Below are positions 26,601 to 39,800 of a DNA stretch of 64,000 bases, piece by piece (the first letter of the stretch is position 1; each line of letters starts with the position of its first letter). The position numbers and the translations under genes were made by a program. The notes below the pieces were generated by a model. It was not told the DNA's origin, searched no databases, and worked only from the letters and a program-made list of their open reading frames with translations. Source of the DNA: Octopus bimaculoides (taxonomy: Eukaryota); contig NC_068996.1 in assembly GCF_001194135.2 (NCBI RefSeq), positions 28,880,429 to 28,944,428 of the forward strand. The letters are read 5' to 3'.

Positions 26601-27824
26601 CTGAAATTGGATGAAAATGTGAGATGGTACAAAATATTTGTGAATGGTTTGTACATATAGAAGTTCAATGCATTATCTTTGGAAAGTTGTTGGTAATAAG
26701 ATGCCTTTTCCAACTATTAACCTCATCTTAGCAATTTGTTTATGAAAATTTAGTTGATTCCATTAAGCATGTCATATTACAGGACTGAGTTATCTCTATT
26801 TTAAAGAGTAAGGAGTTAGTTGAAGGAGATCTGGCTTTATTATTGTACATGAGAAAAGACTACATTGAAGCCTCATGACTAGTTTATGTAGTTGTAATTT
26901 TAAAGTTAATATGTTGTGGTTTAATGAGATACATTGAGAATATTGAAACATTGAGAAAGGTAACATGAATAGACAGAAAATCTCTTTCTGGCTCACACAC
27001 TTGCAATTTTAAAGCATTCAAATTACTCTGTCAAATGTAATGCTTACTCATTCACATTATTTTGAATTAATCATGACTTATCTTGTAGCTTTGAAATTTT
27101 GATGGCGTGATTATTTATTTTTAGAGTAACATTGTAGGATAAGGAAGATGCTGGATCTGGTCAGTTTGAACATAAATGGGCAGAATATTTGGGTTGGATA
27201 TGGCCAGTTTAAATGCTAGGGTTAAGGGAGACTATAGCTGTTATACTGAATAGGTCAAGAAACATAAAATAATGGTGATAAAGTGGAACCTTCAAGTAAA
27301 AGGTGAGTAGAAGTGGATGGAGGAAGAAGAGCCGGGTGCATGGGTGAGTAGCAGTTGCAAAAGTGAGTGGAAGAGTGAGAGAAGGAAATGGAAGGGGTGA
27401 ATATAATGAATGAAGAACAAGTGTTCAGGGCTGATAAGTAGATGAAGCAGGGAATAAACCCAAAACTTATATTCTTATGTAGTAGTATATATATAAATCC
27501 CAGATTTTATTTAATTTGCTTTGCAGGAAGAACTGTTTCAATGAAGTTGCGTATTGTCCTTGCCTTCGAAACGCGGAGTAGATAAAACAGGGACAACTGA
27601 TGAAGGGGTATACTCTTTATGTTGCATATCTTGTTTCTCTGTTTTTTTTTGTTGTTCGAAAAAAAGTTCGTTTTCTATGTTTTCGTTTCTTGTGTTTAAC
27701 GTTTTTTTTATGTCCTGTACCCATATATGCATGTATATATACATATATATGTAGGTATGTACATATATGTATGGATATATGCATATATTTATATTATTAT
27801 ATGAGCGAACGCCATGCATCCTTT

Positions 27825-27866
<42 letters not shown>

Positions 27867-30800
27867 TAATTTGGATTGCATTATTAAATATGTCCTTCCT
27901 TATTTTTAAGAGAGTCATGTGTGATTTGAAAGAGATTTTAATTGGATTTAAAAGAAAAAACATATTTACCAAATGGGGCACAAGTTTTGCAGGATTCATA
28001 CTGGAAGAACAGCTTGCTGGGGCTGGAGGTGGAGGCAAAGTGACATGTAATGGAGAATTTAACGGCAAGGCTCCAGAGCTTGGAGATAGTTCTAGAGATC
28101 TTCGCTGTTGGATTGTAGGTGAAGAACCTGCAGAATGGGTATGTGATGTAGCTGTGAACGAGTGCCTCTTCTGCATTGCAGCAAGTGAAGAATTTGGTGG
28201 CAGTGGTGGTGCTGAAGTCGCAGCAGCTGCAGCAGAAGTACTCGATGGTGGAGGAAGGGCTACACGCTGTTGTTGGTAGTGATACCATAGCTTCTGGAAT
28301 TGTAAACTTTGACGAGCAGAAGGTGAGGGCGTAGATGTTGTCCTACTGCTTCCAGCAGTACTTGAATTTCCTTCTGAGGAAGTAGACACTGAGCGACTGA
28401 GTTGTAAAAGTGGAGAAAAAAAGAAAACAAATTCTAAATGATGGAGAAAAACTGCAATGTTAATTTATTATGATGTTCATCATTATTTTAGTATCAGCTG
28501 TTTAACCCTGGTCAACCTTGATCTAGAAGACCTCTGATCAAAGATGTTCCAGTTATGACCCATCCATCTTATATTCAGATACAGTGGACATATTATCCTT
28601 ATTATTGCTTAGCTTCAGGTTAGCCTAGTTTCAGCAGGCCTATGACCAGAGGTGTTCTAACCATGACCATCCCACCTTTTATTCAACATAAGTAATTGGT
28701 TACTTGGTTTTTGTATTTGGTTTGCAAGATTCCTTATGTGAATTCGTATGTTGGAAGAAAAAATAAGAAATAAAAGAGTGGAAACTGAACCGGTGAATGT
28801 TACATATTAAGGTGTTAAGGCAGTGTGACTCTCCTCAGACACAACAAAGTAATTGGTTACTTACTTACTGAATAGCAGGATAGGCTATGACACATATAAA
28901 TATCATATACTCTTATATCCAACATAGTAAATGTTCTATTGCAATTCAGTATAAGCAACTATAATAAACCCACGAATCAAATCAATTCTGTCAGTCATGT
29001 CTGAGTTGGTTGAAAGAGCATTTATAATTTCTGATATTATTTTAACAGGGCAACTATTAATCCTTACATAAACTTTTTTTTTTAAATTCAGAATTTTGAG
29101 TCTCTATGGAATAAACTACTCTGTCAGTCATTAATATGAACTTACAAGCCAGCTTCTGCATAATCACTTGACCTGCAAGAAACAGCAGTCAAATCTACCT
29201 CAAAAGCCTACCATACCATTTTGGAAAGTATATATTAGATAAAGTAGCCTGGGTATAATATGCTTAAAAAAATGGGATGATCAGGAATGGTTTGCTTGAC
29301 CAAAAGATGAACTGGGTTTAAACAAAATAAATAATTAGAAGATTGTCACTTATGCATCCATATATGTCAGTAATTGAAAGTGAGTAGTAATCATTTAATT
29401 TGATACCATGTACACATCCAAGAATAAAAGACCTGATGATGATTGAAGATCAAACCAAGCAAAATATAATGTAGATATCCTCCTCCTCATCATCATTTAA
29501 CACCCGTTTTTCCATGCTGGCAAGGGTTGGACAGTTTGGCAGTAATTGATGAGCCAGAGGGCTGTGTCAGACTCCAATGTCTGCTTTGGCAAGGTTTCTG
29601 CAACTTGATGCCCTTTTTACTTTTCATCACTAAAGATGAGGTTAATAGTGTAAAAAACTGATTAATTGTATTCCTTAAGATACAAGTAAATGAGAAAGCT
29701 TCTACATTTTCATTCGACTTGAAAGAAATAACAACCAAATCTCAGTTAAATCACATCTTATTGTCACTAGAAAAAACTCAATAAATGATGTAGTAATAAA
29801 TACATTGTACTTGAAAAATGTAAAAAAGACGGGATGGTCATGCTGGAATATCTATAATAACAAGTCCACTAAATCAGGATCAAGCAACAACAGAAATTAA
29901 GGACACATAACATTGAATATAAGGTACTTTTTAATACATTGTTTGAACAAAAGCTGGAATGTTCAAGGTTAGAACATGCTTGATTATGAATAGGTCTGCT
30001 GAACCTAGACCTGGGGCTAAGCAACAACAAGAATTAAGGAAGGACATACTAAAAATAATGTACAGAATCCTTGATTACACAGAGGTCTGCTGGATCAAGA
30101 CTGACATAAGGAAAAACAACAACAAATAGGAGTTACCTGAGTTTTTATATAAGAAAGTGACATCATTTTAAAATTTCCAGTAAAAGTAGGGTACCTACCT
30201 AGTTCTTGAAGAAACCAGAAGCTTTGCAGCCTCATTTAGCTGTCAAAAGAAAAAGAGTAAGGCAAGATGAAAATGATATAGATTACTGTCTCTTTCTTCT
30301 ATTATTCCCTTCTCAACCACTCTCTCATTCCAACTACACTTTTCCCCACCCCACTGTATACATGCTTCTTTCAGCCCCTCTGGTTCACTCTTTTTTCTAT
30401 TCACATTTGTGATTATGTTGCTCTGGACAAAAACACTGTTGAGTAGTGAGGATCTTTTAGCCTTAGTGGGCGCAAGGCAACTTCACTAGTGATGGTATCA
30501 TGATAAAATGTACGAGTACGGAATGTAAGAAGTGGCTGGTGCTAGGAAGAGCATCCAGATGTAGAAACCATCCCCAAAATGAAATTTATGAGTGTCTGAC
30601 TCGTGGAAAGCAGATGTAAAATGATAATGATGCATGAACACATAATCATCACCACTGAATTTTCTACTGCCAGGTGCCCTTCCTGTTTACAAGTAAGGTA
30701 ATACTTTCCAATGACCAATTATATCTTCATAGAAGACTCAAAACAAAGCACACCACTTGCTGACACACATTTACAACTATCACACAAAGACAAGGCATGG

Positions 30801-33800
30801 AGACAGCAACACAGACACATATATACAAATACACACACACACACATACAAACATACATGACAGGCATCTTTCAGTTTTCATCAATCAAATCCACTCACAA
30901 GGCTTTGTTCGACGTGGGTTATAGTAGGAGATATTTCTCCAAGGTGTTATGTAATAGAACTGAACCTGAAACCATGTGGTTGGGAAGCAAACTTCTTGCC
31001 ACACAGCCTGTGCCTGTTCATAATGTGTGTGAAGGAGTAAGCATTTTAAATGGTTCAGCCAGTAGAAAAAAGCCCTTTGAGATGGGCAACATTGATGTCT
31101 TTGATGTCTAAACTGAATGACTGAAAAGACTAAAAAAGAGATAAGGAGAGAATTGATACAGTTCAGGGTTATGTGTGTGTGTGTGTATGTGTGTGTGTGT
31201 GTATGTGAGGAGATAGACTGAATGAAACGGTTAGTAGTGAGTCTAAACTGTGAGATACAATATGAGTGATGAGTGGAAGAGATAGACTGGTGCACAGCTT
31301 AGGTAAAGGTTCTATGTAACTTGCTAGTTTAGAGGTGTAGAGTCCATAGTAGAAGTCTTAGTGTTTTGGATAAAGTTTAGAATGCTTGTGTGTAACAATA
31401 GATGTTGGAGTATTCTGATATGGTTTTTACTTGAGCATTTTAGACACTTGCCAACTGGATTATTTTCTGACCCTAAAAATAAAAGACTAATCTTTGGGGT
31501 GTGGCTTACAATATCTGTGGCTTACAAAAGTGTTAGAGGAACTGTTGCAGATGTGGGAGCAGTATCCACTATGGGATTTTATTCAATTTTTCCTTTTTTA
31601 ACAAAGTTCAAGGTGCCATATTATAATGTACAACACATTTTATTTGCTACTCATACAATACCAGTGTTATCAGATCCATGTATTCTGTGTAAAATGAGAG
31701 AAAGAGAGAATATTATTTGTAGTTATTACCTCAACAAACGAAGTGGGAAAAATTCCAATTTTGTCTCCTCTTCTTCCTTCCAACCAGTTGTCATCAACTT
31801 TCCTAATTAACTGAAGTACTTCATCCTACAATAAATCAACAAGTAAGAAATTCACAAAAGTTTACTTTATCTTCAATAAAGTTAATAGAAATTTTTTTGT
31901 TTGTGAGCCTTTATGCATTCCTAGTATGTATATTAGTCATGTACTAAATAAATTATATATCAAATACCAGAGTTGATGTGAATGTCTCTGTCTAGTTACT
32001 TAGTCTGTTAAGATGATATAAAGCAAACCACACCCTATAGTCTTAATAATATAGTTAGTTCCAAGGATACAATAAAATACACATATACTAAATAATACAC
32101 AAACACACACACTAAGTCTTGAGTGGATTTGAACCAACAAAAAATCTTGAGTGGATTTGGTATATATATATATATCATCATTATCATCATCATCATCATT
32201 GTTTAACATCTAACTCCCATGCATGCATGGGTAAGATGGTTGACAGGAGCCGGCCAAGTAGAAGACTATCCCAGGCTACTGTGTTTGTTTTGATAGGGTT
32301 TTTATGGCTAGATGCCCTTCCTCTAACACCAACCACTCCACAGAGTGGACTAAGTGCTTTTTATGTGGCACTAGCACAGGCGAGGTAAGTTTTGGCATGA
32401 TTTTTACAACTGGATGCCCTTTCAAATGCTAATCACTTTACAGTGTAGATTGGATGCTTTTGTGTGGCACCAGCACTGGTAGGGTCACCAGGTAACTTGC
32501 AAGATAAGGAATTTTGAGACAAGGGGCTTTGGAGGGGATCTTGTGTCAGCTGATGAAAGGTTAGAGAGCGACAGAGAAATAGAGAGGCAGAAACAGGAGG
32601 TACATGGTTATTTGACGAGAGAGAGGAGAAAGAGGGGAGAGGAAGAGAGTGAAAGAAAGGGGTACAAAAAATAGGACAGAAATAGATGTGATGGTAGAGT
32701 AAGGAAGAGAGAGATAAATTGTGGTAATAGTCAGAGCATGCCCTCAAGGTGTGGGGATCATAATATACATGGTCAGGTATTGCCAAGAAGGTGTGAGTAG
32801 GGTGTGGGGATTGCAGTGACTGGCGAAAACCTGGGTATAAAGATGGGGTGGGGGGGAAATCAGCAATAGAGTGAGCAGAGCAAGGAAAGGGAGTGGGAGA
32901 CAATCATAGTTTATGAAGAGGAAACGTGAGGAAAAGAAAGATATAGTTGAAGAGAGATGTAGTTTGGTTTCTTGGGTAGGGTGTGTGAAAAGTTTATTGT
33001 TACATGTGGGTGGGACATAACACTTCTAGCACTCAGTTTTGCTGATGTGGTGGGTCTTCTCTAGAACCTCATAATCCAAACATTTCAGTCCATTGTCATT
33101 TCCTCCATGAGCCCTAACATTCTGAAATCAGTCCTCACCATTTTATGCCATATCTTCCTGGGTCTCCCTTTTCCACAGGTACCATCAACTTTCGGTGATA
33201 GGCATTTTTGTATACAGCTGTCTTTACTTATATGCATCACATGTCCAAACCAACACAGTCTCCTCTCCTGCATGCTACATTTAATCCCTTTAATGCCTAA
33301 CTTTTTCACTCAACACAGTTAAATGAAACTTATTAGGGCAGTATTCTGCAGCTGGATGCCCCTCCTATTGTCAATCCTTGCTTTTCAAGTAAGATATCTT
33401 TTATTCCACTGGTCATTGCATGTTGAAACTACTGACATATTGTGTATAGGAAACATAAACACACATCATCACCACTCAAGTGATATCAATGTAAAGACAC
33501 ACAAACATGTAGTTAATGTGTATGCAAACACACACACATGTACTTATGTATGAATGCATGCATCTATATATTAATGTATGTATGTATATACAATACAACC
33601 TGGTATAATCTGGTATCTATCTCTCCACCCTGAATATTGAGGCCAGATTTACCTCATGTTTATATGCTTTCACCACTGGTTGCACCATCATCATCATCAT
33701 TTAACGTCTGTTGTCCAAGCTGGCATGGGTTGGATGGTTTGACCAGTGCTGGTAAGCTGGAAGTCTGCACCAGACTCCAGTCTGATTTGGCATGGTTTTC

Positions 33801-36800
33801 TATTGCTAGATGCCCTTCCTAACATCAACCACTCTGAGAGTGTAATGGGTGCTTTTATGTGCCACCTGCATGGGTGCCATTTGTGAGACATCGCTATCTG
33901 CCATGACTGTAATTTTGCTTTAATAAGTCTTCTTGTCAAGCATGACATAATGCCAAAGGTCTCGGTCATTGCCTCTGTGAGGCCCAACTCTTGAAAGGAA
34001 CTCAGTCACTGTGTCTCCCTGAGGCCCAATACTCGAAAGAAACTCAGCCACTTAACCTCTGTGAGGTCCAACACTTGAAATAAACTCAGCCACTTTGCCT
34101 CTGTGAGGCCCAATGCTTGAAAGGCGCTTGGCCACTTTGCCTTTGACTTTTGTGAACTACATCTATCAACATTATAACATAATTCTAAGCCTCCAGAAAC
34201 AGCTGACCAATGTGTCATAGCTTAATTTTTGTGTCTTTGTACTCTGTATATGTTTGCTCTGTTGATATATATCTCTATATTTATACATGAATATTTTCAG
34301 AATTTTCTCTCTATTTAAATGCATACCTGTACGTATATTTTATATATTGAACCCAATTTTATATATCAAGCCATATCTGCTCATCTGGATCCCTCTTATA
34401 GCCACTCTTTACTCGGCAGACTTAGTCCTTGGTAAAGATTTTAGAGTGTAAGTTCAAATCATTTCAGCATAACTAGGTGTTTTCTATATTGAGCATCTCT
34501 GGATCTCATCTGTTGATTCTCTTTTCCTCTCTCTCTCTGTTTACACACACACACACACATAGATAAATAGATAGAGTGAAGACTAATCATAAACAGAAAC
34601 TGAAGTCAAAGCACTCAAATGTGGAAAAGTTGCTGGAGAGGATGAAATTTAGTCTGAGATGTTAAAAGCCTTAAATAGAGAAAGAATTCTCTGGCTAGCT
34701 CATGTATGTCAGACCTCTGGAAAGACACCAAAGCAATGGCAATCCAGAGTGATAATCCTAATTTTTAAAAAGGGAGATAAGGGAGAGAGTTCTAAATACA
34801 GGAGAATCTTCTTGGTGGATGTTGGATTTCAGCAGTGGTGTATTGTCACCTCTCCATTTCATAATTCTTATGAACTGGATTGATATGTGTACCAGTTGAG
34901 GAAGTAGAATTACAATCATCAGTGGGTGTAGGATTGTTTGGCTGATATTCACAGATGCCATGGTGCTACTAGGGTAATCAAAAGGTGATCTCCAGCATGC
35001 ACTGAATGGGTTCACTGCTGAGTGCTCCAGTGGACTCTACATGTTAGGGGAACATCAATGAGTTGTTATAATGTGGATCCTCACCCACTTGTGTGTTGTT
35101 GCTGGCACTATAATATTCTTGTCTCCACTATTATCTTGTGGTGGTATTCCACATCTTTGACTTGTATATTGTGCTATTGCTGATAGCTCTGCAAGACAAC
35201 GTTGAAATGTCTATCTTGATGATAACTTGAACTTGTATATATCACGAAACTAGCACTGGCTCCAACTGAGAACTCACACAATGACTCTACTACTATTGAC
35301 CTACTACAATGACTCACTGTCTGACTTTATAGTGGCTGCGTCATACCACTTTGTCACGTGGGAAGGAATGTACCATTTTCAATACATCTCTCTTTTTAGT
35401 ATTTTTTCTTTGGGAAGCAAATAATTTTATTTTACTTTATTCACCCTTCCTCCCTTTTTAGGGTTTTTTTTCAACTTAATATTTTTTGTTTTTGGTGTCT
35501 ATTTGTAGGAACTCTGTGTTCTTCTTTTTCTTCCACTTGTACGCATGGGTTCAACCACCTGTAATGGTTTTAGTACCTGGAATGTGTCATACAGCCATTC
35601 CATAGGTTCTTCCAATCTGTCTGGTTCATTTTCTATGAATCTCTTCTTCAATTGATTTCTGTGTCTTTATTCAATACCTTTTCTGCTCTTAATTCAATAC
35701 ATCATTTTTCCAACGTACTTTGTAATTTTGCCTTCTTCCCAGTACTGTTTTCCATTTTTATACAATCTCATGTATTCCTTATCACCAATTTTGAAAAATT
35801 TTGGATTGTCTTTTCTTTAATCGCCAGGCAACAGTTTATCAAAAACTGATTTTACCTTCCTCATGAACATCAGTTCATCTGGTAAGCTTCCTGCTAGGTG
35901 TATTAGGGTTCAGTGTCACCCTGTATACCCTTAGGAATTGTTGCAGAGTGACTTTGTTTGTGGCTTCCTTATTTGCTTTTCTCAAAGCTCTTTTCAAAGT
36001 TTCCATTTGATCTGGGATGGTAAGCCACTATCGTTTTATGTTCTACTGTGAACATTTCGCAGAATTTTCTAAATTCACTGGACACAAATTGTGTTCCATT
36101 ATCAGATTCAATCACGTCTGGGATGCCAAATCTTGCAAATAATTCATGCAAAAAATTTATTACCGTTGTGGAGGTTGGCCTTTTGCACTTAACAATTTCC
36201 AGCCTTTTTGTAAAATAGTCAACTACTACTAAATAGTAATAATCATTTAATGGACCCGCAAAATCAATGTGTAGTCTTGTCCATAGACTTTTTACTTCTG
36301 GCCAAGGTTCCCATTTTTGAGTAGGTAATTTCACTGTCAGAGCACATCCTCAGCAGCCTTTTACTACGTTTTTGACTTCCTTTCCATCTTTGGCCAATAC
36401 ACATAACTGCGCATAAGTGCTTTCATCCTTGTGATGTCTGGATGTCCAGTATGGAATTCTTTCAACATTCTTTTATGTAGTGTCTCAGGTATTACTACCC
36501 TTTGGCCATACATCAGTATGCCATTCCATGTTGAATATATGTTTAGGTCTTGTTGTTTTTTCTTACCAAACCTTATTTTGTTTTCTTTCGCTGACCACAG
36601 AATTTCTTTTGTTTTATTAATGAACTTGTCTTTTGATGTGTGTTGCTTTATCTCCTCCAGGGTTATTGGTAACTCTCGTACAATGCTGCACGTTAAGTGT
36701 TTAATTTCCCCTTTGGTTCTTAAGGCTGCTATTACTGTGTCCTCAAATGGCTTGCTATTCTTGAATGAGTCTGGAGTTAGTTTATCCAGTTTAAATCTCT

Positions 36801-39800
36801 TGCACTCTCTGTTCACTCTACCCGCATATGTGATAAAGTCTTCATCATCGTTTTTCTCAGTGTTCAAACACTTCCAACATGTCTTGAACAAACTATTTAT
36901 TTTTTCTTGATTTGGTCCAATTTTTCATCATCTTAGTTCTGCATTGCAATTTAATGAATCTTGTGTTCCCACAACAAAAACACTGCTTTTTTGAACAGAC
37001 ACTCTTTCTCAGGTGCCTACCACCGCATGCCATACATGGGTTTATCTCCTGATGTATATCATGTTTTTGTGAAACACTTTATTCATCTTTCTACTCTTCT
37101 ACACTGGTTTTATCCATAAATAATTTCTGCATTGGATTTCTTGTGTCGTGCCTTACTTTTAATATCATATCAGACTCTTCTGACAGTTTCTGGAGAGTTA
37201 TATCCTGGTTCATTTCCAGCTTTGTGAGAATTTTTGTTCTGACTTCTGCATCCTTTTTAGCAGTAAGTCCCTGAGCAAAAATCAGGCACTTGAATGAGTC
37301 TGGAGTTAGTTTATCCAGTTTAAATCTCTTGCACTCTCTGTTCACTCTACCCGCATATGTGATAAAGTCTTCATCATCGTTTTTCTCAGTGTTCAAACAC
37401 TTCCAACATGTCTTGAACAACAAAGTTTTTTTCACTAAACATCCTACATAAAATATCAATTGTGTCAGTGAAATTTGTGTCAGAAACTTTTTTAGGCAAT
37501 ATAAACTTACAGTATTTCTCAGACTCTATTGTCACCAGTTTCCTCAGAATTAGACCAGTTTTCATTTCGTCTGTCCTGTCTTGGTATCCTTTTTGGAAAA
37601 TTTGTTCAAATCTTCAGTAATATACCTCAAAAGTGATTCCTTCTTCTGGGTCATATTTAAATTCATTTACTGAATTTGCTACATAGTCTGGCGAAAACAT
37701 ATTTTCCGGTCTTGTTACCAATTTTTTTAGTTGTAGCATATATTGCTGTAACATTTGTCATTGTTCTTTGAGTTGTTGTTGCTATTTTTGTAACCCAACT
37801 AAACCCACCAACAAGTTTTCCACAATTTTACGGATTTTTCATAAAATACATACAACAAAAATGTTTGTTATTCATCTGTTGAGTTTTTAGTTTCTCTACA
37901 TGAAAAATTTTTCAACGATGTCCACATGAATTGTTTATTTTCTTGTAGAAAAAAAATTTTTCAATGTTGTCCATGTGAATTGTTAATAGTCTTATTGCCA
38001 CTGTTATAATGTGGATCGTCATCCACTTGTATGTTGTCAGCACTGTAATATTCTTGTTGCCACTATTATGCTGTGGTGGTATTCCATGTCTTATCATCTT
38101 TGACTCATCTATTGTGCTATCATTGATAGCTCCACAAGACAACAACTTTGAAATATCTGTCTTGACAGTAACTCAAACTCGTATATATCACATAACTGAC
38201 TCCAACTGAGAACTCATATAATGAGTCTACTACTACTGACCTACTACAATGACAAACTGCCTGACTTTATAGTTGCTGGTCATACTATTTTGTCATGTGG
38301 GAAGGAGTTTACCATGAATGATGGGAAGTAGGAGGTATAACCAGATGCTAGATACAGTAATGCACCACTTCCAGTATCTGATCTTCAGAAGAGGCGAGGT
38401 TAGTAAAAAGAAAAGCCAAATTTACTATCTTCTATTTGGTTTCTGTGTTTATCCTCAACTATGGTCATTAATGTTGGGTAATAGCAGAAAATGTATGATT
38501 GTGAATATCAGCAACTGAAATGAGATTCCCCTGGAATATGTCTGGAGTAAAGTTACCCGACAAGGTGCATAGCTTGGAGATCAGGAAGTCTCTCCAGATT
38601 GAGCCACTACTTCTCTATGTTGAGAGGTCACAGCTCTGGTACTGCAGATCTATGATTAGAACATCACAGGAAAAAATCACAAAATAGATTCTTCAAGATG
38701 AGTCAGATGGTAGGAGACCTAGGCGTAGACTAAATTCGAGATGGTGGAATAATATCCATAATCTCAGTTGGTCACATTTGGGAATCTAGCAAGAATGTGC
38801 AACAACAATTGCTTCTGATAGGACCCTATGGAGGAGAAGCCTGAGGACTCTATCCCCATGACCCTCCCAGAAAATGGTAGGCTGAGATGGATGGATTTAC
38901 ACTATTTTGAATGATAATATGTATATATAATATGTATATATATATATAATATATATATATATATTGGCTCCCCATGCTGGTGGCATGTAAAAAGCACCCA
39001 CTACACTCTTAGAGTGGTTGGCATTAGGAAGGGCATCCAGCTGTAGAAACATTGCCAGATCAGATTGGAGCCTGGTGCGGCCTCCTGGTTTGCCAGTCCC
39101 CAGTTAAACCGTCCAACCCATACCAGGATGGAAAACGGACGCTTAACAATGATGATGATGATGATGATGATATAGTGCAAGATAGACAGAGAATATTTAA
39201 AATCTATTGCATGTGTATGCATGTGCATATATGTTTGCATGTATGTGTATACGTGTGTGCATATATATGTATAGGCACACATATTATTTAGCAGAATTGG
39301 AGAGGAAATGCCAGGTATGGAATCAAAACCTGGTATCAAAGGGCCTTAAAGTTAACCTAGTAAAGACCAGAGTTATCAGTAAGAAAGAAGATAAAATTCT
39401 CTTTCCATTAGGTAAATGGCCCTGTTCAGTATGTAGGAAGGTTGTAAGAAATTCCATTCACTGCACCCAGTGTAAACTATGGACACATAAGAGGTGCAGT
39501 GGAGTCACTGGTAGATTAACAGATAAAGTCTTCTTCGTATGTGGCAGATGTGTAGGAACAATAAGCACTAAGGAGCACACGGGACTTAGATGGTCTCAAA
39601 TGCCCAGGAGGCTCACTTGAGGTTGTAGATCGTTTCTGTTACCTAGGTGACCAAATTAGCAATGGTGGAGGATGTTCTGAAAGTATTGTTTCTAGAATAA
39701 GAATTGGGTGGAGGAAGTTCAGAGAGCTATTGCCTCTGTTGGCAACAAAAGGACTCTTTCTCAGAGTGAAAGGTAGACTATATGATGCTTGTGTACAAAC

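Noticed and set aside
27527-27607. Exon-like segment on the plus strand after tttgctttgcag
   Set aside because: All three frames contain stops and there are no partner exons.
33968-34145. 42-bp repeats as a possible CRISPR array
   Set aside because: Head-to-tail tandem units without unique spacers, no cas genes, eukaryotic intron, and the unit derives from the adjacent LINE sequence.
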